A stretch of DNA of 64,000 bases, taken from the NCBI RefSeq assembly GCF_964194155.1, contig NC_135901.1:4898001-4962000 (forward strand), in the 5' to 3' direction. A program made the position numbers and the translations under genes. The stretch comes from Cetorhinus maximus (taxonomy: Eukaryota). This document shows positions 1 through 12,300 of the stretch, piece by piece. Below the pieces are notes generated by a model, which did no database searches, was not told the origin of the DNA, and saw only the letters and a program-made list of their open reading frames with translations. Positions within the stretch are counted from its first letter, which is position 1. The number at the start of each line of letters is the position of its first letter.

Positions 1-149
1 AAAAAAGTTTTTAAAACACAGGAGAGCAGCGGTTTGAATCACTTTGAGAAATGAAACACAGCATTGACAAGAATTTATGTGATTTTTAAATCAATTTATC
101 TCAATTGGTAACAGAATTATTTTCTCTTCTGTCTGGAGTATCAATGGCG

Positions 150-680
150 CTGTTGTTGCCCAACATCCCCTGCGAATGTGAATGTGCCCTATTCCCTCTA
201 CAAGAGCTCAGTGCGCAGGAGCAATATTGGACTGTGTCCAGAGCATGCGCAGTGTCACTTTGGTCAGAGCCTTGTAATTACGGGAGACGCTTTTTGCAGC
301 GGGTGAGAGTCGATGAGGTGGAGGGAGGGATGGAGCCGGGAGTCGGGATGGGGAGGAAGAGGAGGCTTCATAAAGATCTGGTGTAGGCCGCAAGGCCTGA
401 ATAAAACTCTGCGGGTCCTGCGTTTACAGCTCTGGGGCTTTTTCCCGGGAAGAGGCCCAGTTTAATGGCCACCGAGGAACGGAGCGCATGCGCGGCTGTG
501 TTGGTGATGCAACAGAGGGGCGGGGCGGGGCTTCAGGGTCCCCGTGACCAGGAGAAAAAAAATAATTGACTCATCGATTTTATTCTCACTCTGCGCACAA
601 GAGCTGGTGACAGGCCCGAGTTAATTGCCACCATCTTTAGAGGGTCAAGGTGCTGCAGGGCGTTTGCGCGGCCACCCTAA
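150..680 (+). promoter_or_regulatory. CpG-island promoter / first exon of ZNF locus 1 (copy at about 55370-55910)
   Basis: CpG rich; NRF1-like GCATGCGCA (243) and GCGCATGCGC (484); GC boxes GGGGCGGGGC (about 517-530); YY1-like GCCACCATCTT (627-637). Confidence 0.7.
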
Positions 681-1700
681 GAACATCAGAAATAGGAGTG
701 GGCCACCGAGCCTGCTCTGCCATCAATAAGAACATGGCTAATCTGATTGTGACCTTAACTCCACTTTGCTGCCGGCCCCCTATAACTCCCTTGTAGATTA
801 AAAATCTATCTAACTCAACTTTGAATTTATACAATGAGCCAGACTCCATTGCTCTCTGGGGAAGAAAATTCCAAAGATTAGCAACCCTCTGAGAGAAGAA
901 GTTCCTCCTCATCTCAGCCTGAGAGGAGAGACCCCTTATTTTTAAACTGGCCCATTAATTCTAGAATCCTCTTTGAGTGGAAACACCCTCCCTGATCTAT
1001 CCTGTCAAGACCCCTGAATCTTACAGGTTTAAATAAGATCACCTCTCATTCTTCTAATCCCCAATGAGGATAAATTCAAACTGCTTAACGTTTGCATTAA
1101 AAATAAACTCCCTAATCCCAGGAATCAGCCAAGTGAACCTTCTCTGAACTGCTTCCAATGCACATATGTCCCATAAGACGTAGGAGCAGAAGTAGGCCAT
1201 TCAATGAGATCATGGCTGATCTGACAATCCTCAACTCCACTTTCCTGCCTTTTCCCCATAACCCTTGATTCCCTTACTGATTAAAAATCTAAGCCTTCAA
1301 TATACTTAGCGACCCAGCATCTACAGCCCTCTGTGATAAAGAGTTCCACAGATTGACTACTCTCTTAGAGAAGAAATTTCTCCTCATCTCTGTTTTAAAT
1401 GGGCGACCCCTTACTCTGAGATTATGCCATCTGGTCCTGGACTCTCCTACAAGGGGAGAGCATCTCAGCATGTCAAACCCCCTAAGAATCTTATATGTTT
1501 CAATAAGGTCACTTCTCATTCTTCCAAAATCCAATGATTACAGGCCCAACTTACTCAACATCTCCATATAAGAAAATCCCTCCATACCTGGGATCAACCT
1601 CGTGAACATTCTCTGGACTGCCTCCAATGCCACTATATCTTTCCTGAGATAAGGGGACCAAAATTGTTCACAATATTCTAGGTGTGGTTTAACTAGTGCT
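680..1700 (-). mobile_element. Two adjacent CR1 LINE 3' fragments (copy at about 54345-55368)
   Basis: ORFs 637-912 and 1289-1534 encode CR1 ORF2 C-terminus (RGDLIETYKI...RRNFFSQRVVNLWNSLP). Confidence 0.9.
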
Positions 1701-3319
1701 TAAGTAATCCTGGGACAGGCAGCAGGTGGAGAGAATGTTGTGAATTTCTATCCTGTACTGACGGTGATGGATTTTGGAAATCTCTTTAACAGGGGGTTAG
1801 AATGAGAGGATTTACACACAGTTAACTGAAACCAAGAGAAATATTTGTCTCTTCTAAACTTATATCCTGAACTGACATTTATTGCTTTTGTAATCTCTGT
1901 TACAGGGAGTTAGAAGATTTGAAAATTATGAGATTTTTCTCTAACTCCAGTGCTTCTGCTATCTTTTCAACTGCAGGCTCCAGCAGATTAAAATTTTGAA
2001 AACAGTGAAATTGTTTCAGAGGTGAGTATTATTGAACATTCATCTACCATTTAGAATTTTTAGTGCTGTGCTCTGGTTCCATGGCTCTGGGGCTGGTGTG
2101 GCTCCTTTACTGTGGTTCTGAATCCATGTCTATCCATTACTCTGTTTCACTCTGCCTTCCCTGACCACCTCTCTGCCATTGTCTAACTTCCTCTGCCTCT
2201 AATATTGGATGTATTTTAACCATGTTTGGTATATTACTGTTATTTCTTCCAAATGTGTCTAAATGAGGTTTCCACCGTTACTCATCCCCTGGCTATCCAA
2301 TACTGATTTACCAGCTTTATCTTCCAATGGTCAGGAATTGTTTTTCCTGCACTAAAGATCGTTTTTCTTTTGCTCATGAGCTCAAGTTGACCATCAAATT
2401 ATGCTCCATTTTTATTCTCTGGAATTGATTCTGCACATCCTGAAATGTTAACTCTCTTTCTCTCTCCACAGTTACTATCTGACCTGCTGAGTATTTCCAG
2501 CGCTTGCTCTTTTTATATCAGATTTCCAGCAACTGCAGTATTTTGCTTTTTTTTGTTGCAGGTGTTTCTCTCTGAACTGAATCGAGAAACAGAGATGGAC
2601 CAATTAAAAACTTATTTGCATCAGGGTGGGTGTTGGTTGTAGAGGTTGGTCCGTGGCCCCCAGTGTAGGTCTTTTTTATGCAGTCATAGAATGATTATAA
2701 TACAGACAGAGGCCATTTAGCTCATCATTCCCATGCTGGCGCTCTCAAGAACAAATCAGCTATTCCCACCCTCCACCCCTTTCCTCATAGCCCAGCAATT
2801 TTCCCTCTCTAGGTGCTTATTCAATTCCCTTTGAAAGCCTTTGTTGTATCAGTTTGAGCTGGAGTGGAGATGGAGGAGAAGCTGCTTGGTTTAACCCTGA
2901 GGACTTTGGAACCCAGTTGGGCCCAGCAATATCCGATGTGAAATTGTCGAGGGAGGTAGATACTAGGTGAGAACAGGTTAATAAACAGACACTGTCCAGG
3001 CAATGTAACTGTTTTAGGAACAAGGATTTCTTTTGATGCTTTTGATCTATTTGACATATGCATGTTTTTAAAATTTATTCTTGGGATTTGGGCATCACTA
3101 ACAAGACCAGCAGTATTTATTACCTATTCCCAGTTAGCTGTGGAGAAGATGATGTTTGACTTTCCTGAACCGCTGCAGTCCATGTGGTGAAGTTGCTCCT
3201 ACAATGCAGTTAGATAAGGAGTTACAGGATTTTCATACAGCAGTGATGAAGGAATGGTGATATAGGTCCAAGTCAACAACAATTTGTTGTATTTATAAAG
3301 CACCTTTAACATAGCTCCA

Positions 3320-4412
3320 GCAACTCCAGAGGTGCGGTGAGAGTGACTGCCCTTGATATCAAGGCATCAACTGATTTACTGAAGCATCAAGGAGCTCTAG
3401 CAAAATTGAAGTCAATGTGAATCAGGGGGAAAACTCTCTGCTGGTTGGAGTCATACCTAGCACAAAGGAAGATGGTTGTGGTTGGTGGAGGTCAGTTATC
3501 TCAACTCCAGGGCATCACTCCAGGAGTTCCTCAGGGTAGTGTCCTTGGCCCAACCATCTTCAGCTGCTTCACCAATGACCTTCCTTCCAACATAAGGTGA
3601 GAAGTGGGGATGTTCGCTGATGATTGCACAATGTTCAGCACCATTTGTGACTCCTCAGATACTGAAGCAGTCCATGTCCAAATGCTGCTGACCTGGACAA
3701 TATCCAGGCTTGGGCTGAAAAGTGGCAAGAAACACTCGCGCCATGCAAGTGCCAGGCAATGACCCTCTTCAACAAGATAGAATCTCTCCATTAGCCCTTG
3801 ACATTCAATGGCATTACCATTGCGGAAACCCCCACCATTTAAATCCTGGGGGTTACTATTGACCAGAAACTGAATTGGATTAGCCATATAAATACTGTGG
3901 CTACAAGAGCAGGTCAGAGGTTAGGAATCATGTGAGGAGTAACTCACTTCCTGACTCCCCAAAGCTTGCCCACCATCTACAAGGCACAAGTCAAGATTGT
4001 GATGGAATACTCCCTATTTTCCTGGATGAGTGCAGCTCCAACAACACTCAAGAAGCTTGATGCCATCCAGGACAAAGCAGCCCGCTTGATGACACCCCAT
4101 CTACAAACACTCACTCCCTCCAATACTGATGCAGTGACAGCACTGTATTCTATCTACAAGATTCACTGCAGGAACTCACCAAGACGCTTAGCATCTTCCA
4201 AACCCACGACCGCTACCATCTAAAAAGACAAGTACAGCAAATGCATGGAAATACCACCACCTGGAAGTTCCCCTTCAAGCCACTCAGCATTCTGACTTGA
4301 AAATGTATCACTGTTCCTTTACTGTCGCCGGGTCAAAATCCTGGCACTCCCTCCCTAACAGCACTGTGGGTGTACCTACATCACATAGACAGTAGCAGTT
4401 TAAGAAGGCAGT
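3320..4412 (+). mobile_element. LINE (L2/CR1 group) RT and 3' fragment (copy at about 51630-52725)
   Basis: [13 protein letters not shown] and TIYKAQV..VMEYS..WMSAAPTTLKKLDAIQDKAARL motifs. Confidence 0.85.
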
Positions 4413-4529
4413 TCGCTCTCTCTCTCTCGCTCTTTCTCTCTCCCTCTTGGTCATGGTCACTTTTCTGGTGCCTTTGTGTGTTTGTGGGTTCTCTCACTGC
4501 CTGTTTTCTGGTTTAAATCAATTTGACAG

Positions 4530-5415
<886 letters not shown>

Positions 5416-5480
5416 CTCCCGTGATTTGATTTTGCTGTTAACCACACCCAGGACTGAACCATGTTCATTGAGATCTGTTT

Positions 5481-6781
5481 TTTTCTTCTTCATCTTCCTC
5501 CCATTTTACTTGGGGTCACCACGATGCTGCTTGATCACCTTCTCCATCTCCTGTCACTCACACATTCCTCTTCCAATCCCACTGCATTTCTGTCTCTGGC
5601 CACCACATCTTTCCATCTGGCCCTTAGACCTTCCTCTTTTCCTTCTTCCTGACAGTCCCATGTCCATCACTCACCTTACCACATTTCCTCTCTCTCTCCA
5701 CAATGGATGACTAGACCATTTCAATCTCTTCTCAGCTACTTTCTTCAATGTTTCCACAATCTTCACTGACCCCCTGATATACCGGTTCCTGATCTTGTCC
5801 TTTCTTGTCACTCCACACATCCATCTCAGCATCTGTATCTCATTGTATCCAGTCATTGTTCCTCTCTTCTTGATATTGCCCAAGTTTCTGCTCTGTACAA
5901 CAAGGCCGGTCTCACAACTGTCCTGTAGATTCTTCCTTTTCAATTTCAGTGACACTTTTCGATCACATCACATTGCACTGCACTTCTTCCAATTACTCCA
6001 ACCAAAGCTAATCTGTTTCTTAATTTCCATATTTCCATCTTCTGCCATCGCTGGCCCCAGGTACTTGAAGCTACTCACATTCTCCAAGTATTCACCCCTA
6101 ATCTCTTCACCTTCACTCTGATTCTCTTCCCTAGGCTCACACCGACAGTCCATGAATTAGGTCTTTGGTTTACTAGTGAAGGAAGGATTTTCTTCCTTTT
6201 AGGGAACGAAATCGGCCGTCCTCATCCAGTCTGGCCTACACGTGACTCCAGACCCACAGCAATGTAGTCGACTCTTAACTGCCCCAGCAATGGCCTAATA
6301 AGTCAGTCAGTTCAAGGGCAGTTAGGGATGGGCAACAAATGCTGGTCTTATCAGTGATTCCGCATTTCATGAAAGAATAAAAAAAAACTAATCTTCATAC
6401 CTGTGCTTTTCTCCAGTTCCCCAGATACTCAGTCATGTTCTCATCATAGCTCAGTGTCATCTGCAAATTTCACTTCCTCTCACAGTTACAACATGCGAAT
6501 CAGGGAGAGGAGGGGATTCCGTGTCGATCCTTGGTGCAATCCAACTTTGATTTTGAAAAACTCACTCTCTCCCACACAGCTTCTTACTCTTGTCTGGAAC
6601 TCCTTGGTCATGTCCTGTAATAGTCATATATACTTCTCAGGGACTCCATGAATTCTAACACATCTCCAGACTTCCTCCCTGGGCACCTGGTCATAAGCCT
6701 TCTCCAGATCAATGAATACAATCTTCGTATTTCATTGACCTCCCCAATATTTCCCCCTCACTTGTCTCAAAATGAAAATAG
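5481..6781 (-). mobile_element. 5'-truncated RTE-clade LINE inserted in ZNF 3'UTR (copy at about 49335-50632)
   Basis: VFIDLEKAYDQVPRE, GLHQGS, FADD, MLRWMCGVTRKDKIRN motifs; (GAA)n-type tail; 15-bp TSD CATTG(A/G)GATCTGTTT at 5466-5480 and 6782-6796. Confidence 0.88.
6175..6390 (+). mobile_element. SINE fragment nested in the RTE element
   Basis: Interrupts RTE frame; ends in AAGGGCAGTTAGGGATGGGCAACAAATGCTGG...AATAAAAAAAAA tail shared with LINE 3' ends (e.g. 42090-42160). Confidence 0.65.
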
Positions 6782-6919
6782 CATTGGGATCTGTTTCTGA
6801 AAATGTTAATAAAATCTAGTCCAGTAATAGGTGTTAATATTCTAGGTAAAAGTAAAATAAATCAGCTTTATGTTAAACACACAGTGTGACGAGTCCCTTT
6901 AATATCTCTAACACAAGTT

Positions 6920-7560
6920 AGTTCCTTTTGAAAGGCTTTCCCTCTCCCCTGTCTCCTCCACCCTCACCTCAAACAGAAAGTGTGAGGAGCTCACAGATTT
7001 CCTTGTCTCCAAGCTTGAGACAATCTGACCAGCTGCCTCTGCTGCTTCCCTCCTTTCCACTTGACCATCGGGCCCAACTTCCTCTAAAGATCTGCCCGGC
7101 TCTAGCTCTGAACTCATATTTCTTTAGTTTCTCTCCGATCCCCCCTTATCCTCTCGAGAATTCATCTTGTCCATGAGACCCACCTTCTGCTCTATTGACC
7201 CTATTCCCACTAAACTGCTGTCCACAGGAGAGTTTTGAATAAGCAAACTTTTATGGAGGGTGGAAGATGGGACACCAGCCACGAGAGCATTGGAATAGTC
7301 GAATCTGGAGGCAACAAAGGCATGGATGAGGATTTCAGCAGGAAATGGGCTTCAGCAGGATGGGGACAACTGATATTACAGAGGTGGAAGGAGGTGATCT
7401 TAGTGATGGAGAAGACACGTTGTCAGTAGCTTAGCCCTCAGCTCAGGCTCAAATAGGAAACTAAGGTTGCTATTAGTCTGCTTCAACCTCAGACTGTGGT
7501 AAGGGAGGGGGCCGGAGTCGGTGATGAGGTAACAGAGTTTATGGTAGGGGTGGGGGCTTT
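6920..7560. mobile_element. L2-like LINE fragments in opposite orientations (copy at about 48560-49190)
   Basis: Minus strand about 7285-7330 reads LIHAFVASRFDYSNAL; plus strand about 7180-7220 reads PTFCSIDPIPTKLL. Confidence 0.65.
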
Positions 7561-8229
7561 TGTGGGCCCAAGTATTAAATCACCTCCTGTATGGACTCGA
7601 GCATTAATTAATCGCTATCCCTTGGAATAACATTACAGAAACAGGTCCAGTCTCGATGTGGTGATAAAATTTTTGTTCACTAATTGGACTTTAACTGACA
7701 CTGTTACAATCCATAGTTTTCCATGTGCCAGAATGTGCCCCATCAATGACTACAGGAGCCCAGTGTGATTACTCAGGTTGTACTCTGAGCATGTGCAGTG
7801 CAAGTGGTGGATGTGCAACATGGTGATCAGGAGCAAATAGGAGATCACATTGAATTACGGAGAATATGGAGTCCAGAAACTGCGTTCTGTTTAACTAATC
7901 TGCTGGTGTTTACATTTCAAACAAGACACATTCCATTCCATCTACCCTATCTGAGCTTTTCAGCTTATATTTCTTTACAGAGGTACCAGCAGTGAAACAA
8001 AAGCAAAACACTGTGGATACTGGAGATCGGAATTTTTTTAAAAAGTGATGGAAACTCAGCAGGTTGTTTCCACGAGTTTGTACCTGCACTGATCTTTGTG
8101 AATTTCAACCTTCGACATTTTTCCAATATGAAATTTCATTTGGAGGTGGGGGAGAATTGCACAGATTGTATCAGGGAGGAAGGTCCAGACATTTGGGTAT
8201 CTACACACTTCAAGTACATATTTTGTGTG

Positions 8230-8760
8230 TTGCGCCCCGGGTCCCGAACTCGATTGGGAAGCCGATACATTGAAATATGTGCTGCCAATTGAATGGCGGA
8301 TTATTTACCCAGAACGCCCCGCGCTGCGGAAAGTTCCCCTATCAATGACTTTAGGAGTCCAGTGCGCAGGTACAGTGTGGGTGTGCGCTCTGAGCATGCT
8401 CAGTTTCAGTCATGGTGACAGAGTGAGGAGGAGCGGACGGTTCGGGAGGCGGGAGGAGATTGTGGGCACAGGGTAGGAATGGAAACCGCGGCTGGACTGG
8501 GAACTGGAGCAACTTCTGGGGTAGGCCCCAGGCCCCGTGTTTACCCCGCGGTGACAGGCCCGGGGGGGAGGGAGCGATGGAGCCGGCGGCTGGACGGGGA
8601 GGATTTGGAAACACTTTGTGGATCCGCAAACCCTGAGGAATAATTATCAGCTCCTGGTTTGCAGCTGCGGGGCTTCTCCCTCCCGGGAACAGGCCCAGGT
8701 TAACGGCCGCCATCCTGGCTCAGCGAGTGGAGGATGGTTCACATCAGAGGATGGGGGAGG
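8230..8760 (+). promoter_or_regulatory. CpG-island promoter / first exon of ZNF locus 2 (copy at about 47350-47885 serving locus 9)
   Basis: CpG rich; CCAAT/ATTGG boxes, TGCGCA, GAGCATGCTCAG, YY1-like GCCGCCATCC at 8706-8715. Confidence 0.7.
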
Positions 8761-9501
8761 GGGGACAATAAATAAGAGGTTACATTTTGGGCTCAAATCA
8801 ATGAGGATCTGATCTGTGGGAAGGAAGGAAACCCTGGGAGGTGGGCGGGGAGGATTCAGAAACACCCGCTGGAGGCCCCAAACCCCCAATAAGACTCATT
8901 GATTTTATTGTCAGTCTGCAGACAGGAGCTGGAGAACTGAACCCAGGCAGAGGAGAGGGAGGGAGAAAACTGAGAGTGGAGGAAAGAAATGGTGGAGATG
9001 GTGAGATGGGTTTGGATTTCAGCCCAGGGAGGAGGGAGAGTGTGTGGGACGGGGATTTACAGCTTTGGGGAAACAAGAGAGGAAAACAAGTTCCATAGAA
9101 ATTAGAATTGTCTGTTTTGATGACTTTTGTAAACTCCCTTTACAGAATATTAGAAGGAAGGATTTGCAGATGTGAAACTCAAACCTAACATCATATCACA
9201 ATCTGGATGACTCACTTAATTCATTTGGACCTGAATATCATTGGCCTTTGAATGTGGAAAGAGAAATGTTCCTCTGTTCAGTCTGTTGGAAAAGATTTCA
9301 AACATTAGTGTGGCTGGAAAAGCACCGAGAAACACACATCCAAGTGAGTGTTCCAGTGAACTGACTGGAAAGAACTTTAACCAGTTACACAGTCTGAAAA
9401 AACATCACACCATTCACAGTGAGGAGAAACTGTACAAGTGTTGTATGTGGATGAGGCTTCACTGATTGTCCAATCTGGAGAGACACAAGCACATTGGTAC
9501 C

Positions 9502-10356
9502 ATGGAGAAACCATGGAAATGTCGGGACTGTGGTAAAGGATTCAATTATCCATCCCTTCTGGAAATTCATCAACACAGTCACACTGGGGCCAGCACCCAA
9601 GAGAAACTATGGAAATGTGAAGATTGTGGTAAAGGATTCAATTATCCATCCCAGCTGAAAAACCATCAACACATTCACACTGTGGAAAAGCCATTCACCT
9701 GTTCAGTTTGTGGGAAGGGATTCACTGGGTCATCCCACCTGCTGACACACCAGCTTATTCACACTGAGGAGAAGCCATTCATCTGCACTTACTGTGGAAA
9801 GAGATTCAGATCTTCTTCCAACCTCACTGCACACCAGCGAATTCACACTGGGGAGAGGCTGTTCGCCTGCTCGGTGTGTGGGAAGAGGTTCACTGGGTCA
9901 TCCCACCTGCTGACACACCAGCTTATTCACACTGAGGAGAAGCCATTCATCTGCACTTACTGTGGAAAGCGGTTAAGATCTTCATCCAACCTCACTGCAC
10001 ACCAGCAAATTCACACTGAGGAGAGGCCGTTCACCTGCTCCTTGTGTGAGAAGGAATTTGCTCGGTTATCCAGCCTCCAGAACCACCAGCAGGCTCACAC
10101 TGAGCAGAAGCTATTCACCTGCAGCTCCTGTGGCAAAAGGTTCAGGTGTTCATCCAGCCTTGTTAAACATCAGCGAGTTCACACTGGGGAGAAGCCATTC
10201 ATCTGCTCTGTGTGTGGGAAAGGATTCACAAAGTCCTCCAACTTGGTGATACACCAGAGAATTCACACTGGCGAGAGACCGTTCATTTGCTCCGTGTGTG
10301 GGAAGAGATTCACTCAGTCGCAACACCTGCTGAGACACCAGCAAATTCATAAATGA
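9502..10356 (+). CDS. C2H2 zinc-finger protein, 10 fingers (locus 2), no effector domain seen
   Basis: ORF 9466-10356; ATG in ACCATGG at 9502 (MEKPWKC); acceptor TTTACAG at 9145. Confidence 0.88.
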   Translation: MEKPWKCRDCGKGFNYPSLLEIHQHSHTGASTQEKLWKCEDCGKGFNYPSQLKNHQHIHTVEKPFTCSVCGKGFTGSSHLLTHQLIHTEEKPFICTYCGKRFRSSSNLTAHQRIHTGERLFACSVCGKRFTGSSHLLTHQLIHTEEKPFICTYCGKRLRSSSNLTAHQQIHTEERPFTCSLCEKEFARLSSLQNHQQAHTEQKLFTCSSCGKRFRCSSSLVKHQRVHTGEKPFICSVCGKGFTKSSNLVIHQRIHTGERPFICSVCGKRFTQSQHLLRHQQIHK

Positions 10357-10639
10357 CTGCGGGGATTGGTTTCTGCTGTTTTTGCTGCTGTGAATCAGGT
10401 CCAGCATTGGCATTCTGATGTTATTAACAACCCCATAACTGGCTGGAGTTGAATGTTCCGGAGATGTCACTGATTTTCGGGTCTGCAATGTCCCGTTTTA
10501 AAAGCACCATCTGTGATCTTTCCCCTTAGTTTAAGAAATCTCAACAAGAACCCGCTTACAATAAAATTATGAACTTTTACTTCAATCCTAAATTGATCTT
10601 TGATGAAAAATCTACAATTCAGTGTCTGAAGGGTTCCTC

Positions 10640-11585
10640 CGATTAACATCTCCAATTAGAAAGTGCTAATTAATCCTTGCTGACAATTCTTAATGACTTC
10701 CACATTTTTCATAGTGACACCTCCATTATGAAACTAAATTAAGGAACATAAACAAAACAGTAAAATATTTTACAGGCACATCAATAAAAGCTTCATCAAT
10801 CAACATTGATATTGATGAAGTTTGGAAGTCACTGATTCAATCATTTCTGACACAGCAGCAGCAACTTTTGGTAAAGGTGGAACCCACAACAAAGACTAGT
10901 TTGAGACCCACTCAGCAGAGATGGCATCTGTCATTGAAGCAAAAAGCAAAGCCCACCAGATGCACAGCATAGAACACTCAATCACTTAAAAGTATCAAGA
11001 CAGTTGTGCAAAAAGAACAGGGTGATGATGTGCAAATAAACTCTGGATCAACTTACATGAAATCCAAACCACCTGTGACAATGGTAATCTGCGTGCTATG
11101 TATGATGGGATCAAGAGCACACTTGGTCCTACCATCACCAAAGTTGCCCCCCTGAAATTGAAATTGACAGATGGTGAAGTACTCACCAACTGATGTAAAC
11201 ATATGTCCTGCTGGGTTGAACACTACTGTCAGCTGTACACCCATGAGATGGACATCTCCCAGTTTCCGTTTGACACTTTCCCACAGCTTCCTGTCAGGGT
11301 TGAGTTGGATGAGCTCAAAAAGACCATCGATTTCTTAGCAAACAGGAAGGCACCCGGCTCTTGCAGCCAAACTGCTCAAGCACAGAAAGTCCCATCTCCT
11401 GCCACACTTTCACGACCTCTGTCTCTATTGGAAGGTATGATCCCTTCGATCCGATATGTGTGATTCAAAAATCATCACAATATACAAAAGCAAAGACTAC
11501 AGGGGCATCTCACTTCTCAGTGTCACAGGGAAGACCTTCAGTAGGGTTTTGCTTAAAAGACTACATCTACATGCAGACCAGTTGG
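10640..11585 (+). mobile_element. RTE (BovB-like) LINE internal fragment
   Basis: GNLRAMYDGIK..LGP, WVEHY..LY and IITIYK..DYRGISLLSVTGK.FSRVLLKRL motifs. Confidence 0.8.
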
Positions 11586-12019
11586 GGATGGGGTGTGGGG
11601 AAGCAGCAGAGTCGAGCCTGAGACAGAAGTCTTTTGTTCTCTGGAACATTTGGAAACAGCAGCTTATTGTGAATAGTATAATTCAATAAATAAAGTACTT
11701 GTAGAAAATAGACTCTGAACAACCTTCATTAGATTAATTAGTCTTCTAAAATTAATTTAACAACTGGCTATTTCAGACTGGTACATTCTTTGTTTATAAT
11801 ATGAGTTGTTCATTGAATCAAGTTCGAATGAGAGTCCCTGACCTGTGAAGGGATTTGCTTTGACACAGAACTAGCTAGCGGGCTGGGAGCAGTGGAACCC
11901 AAGTCTTGGCTGATTATAGTGAATCAGTGCCAGTTTTCAGTCACAGTGACCTGCTCACGAAGGGTTCGATGGGGCCCCACGATGGCTCTGTATTGCTGTC
12001 AGGCTCTTGGAAAGCCGAG

Positions 12020-12300
12020 TGAGTGAGTGGGGGCATTGGGAAGAGGGGCTGCTGAATGAGTTGGGGTAGGGGTGTAGGTTGGGAAGAATTGGGGGGGTGG
12101 GGGGGGCGGGGGGCAGGGTTGAGAAGAGAAACTGCTAAATGGATGGGGTTGGTGAATGGGACTGCCGAGTGAGTGAGTGGGTGGGATTTGGAAAGAAGGG
12201 CGTGTGTGTGTGTGTGTGTAATGGGCAGGGGGGGGGGGGGGGGGGGGCGGTGTGAGGGAGCAGCTGATTACAAAGTGTGTGTGGGAGGATGGAGGTGTGA
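12020..12300 (+). repeat. G-rich low-complexity tract with (GT)n and G20 run
   Basis: G run 12228-12247, multiple GGGG tracts, GAGTGAGTGAGTGG twice. Confidence 0.85.

Noticed and set aside
9463-9465. Conserved in-frame TGA as selenocysteine or programmed readthrough
   Set aside because: Aligns to Arg (CGA/AGA), not Cys; upstream leader is frameshifted; no SECIS recognised in the 3'UTR
9502-10356. 84-bp periodic repeats as a CRISPR-like array
   Set aside because: They are C2H2 finger codons with TGEKP-type linkers in a eukaryotic context
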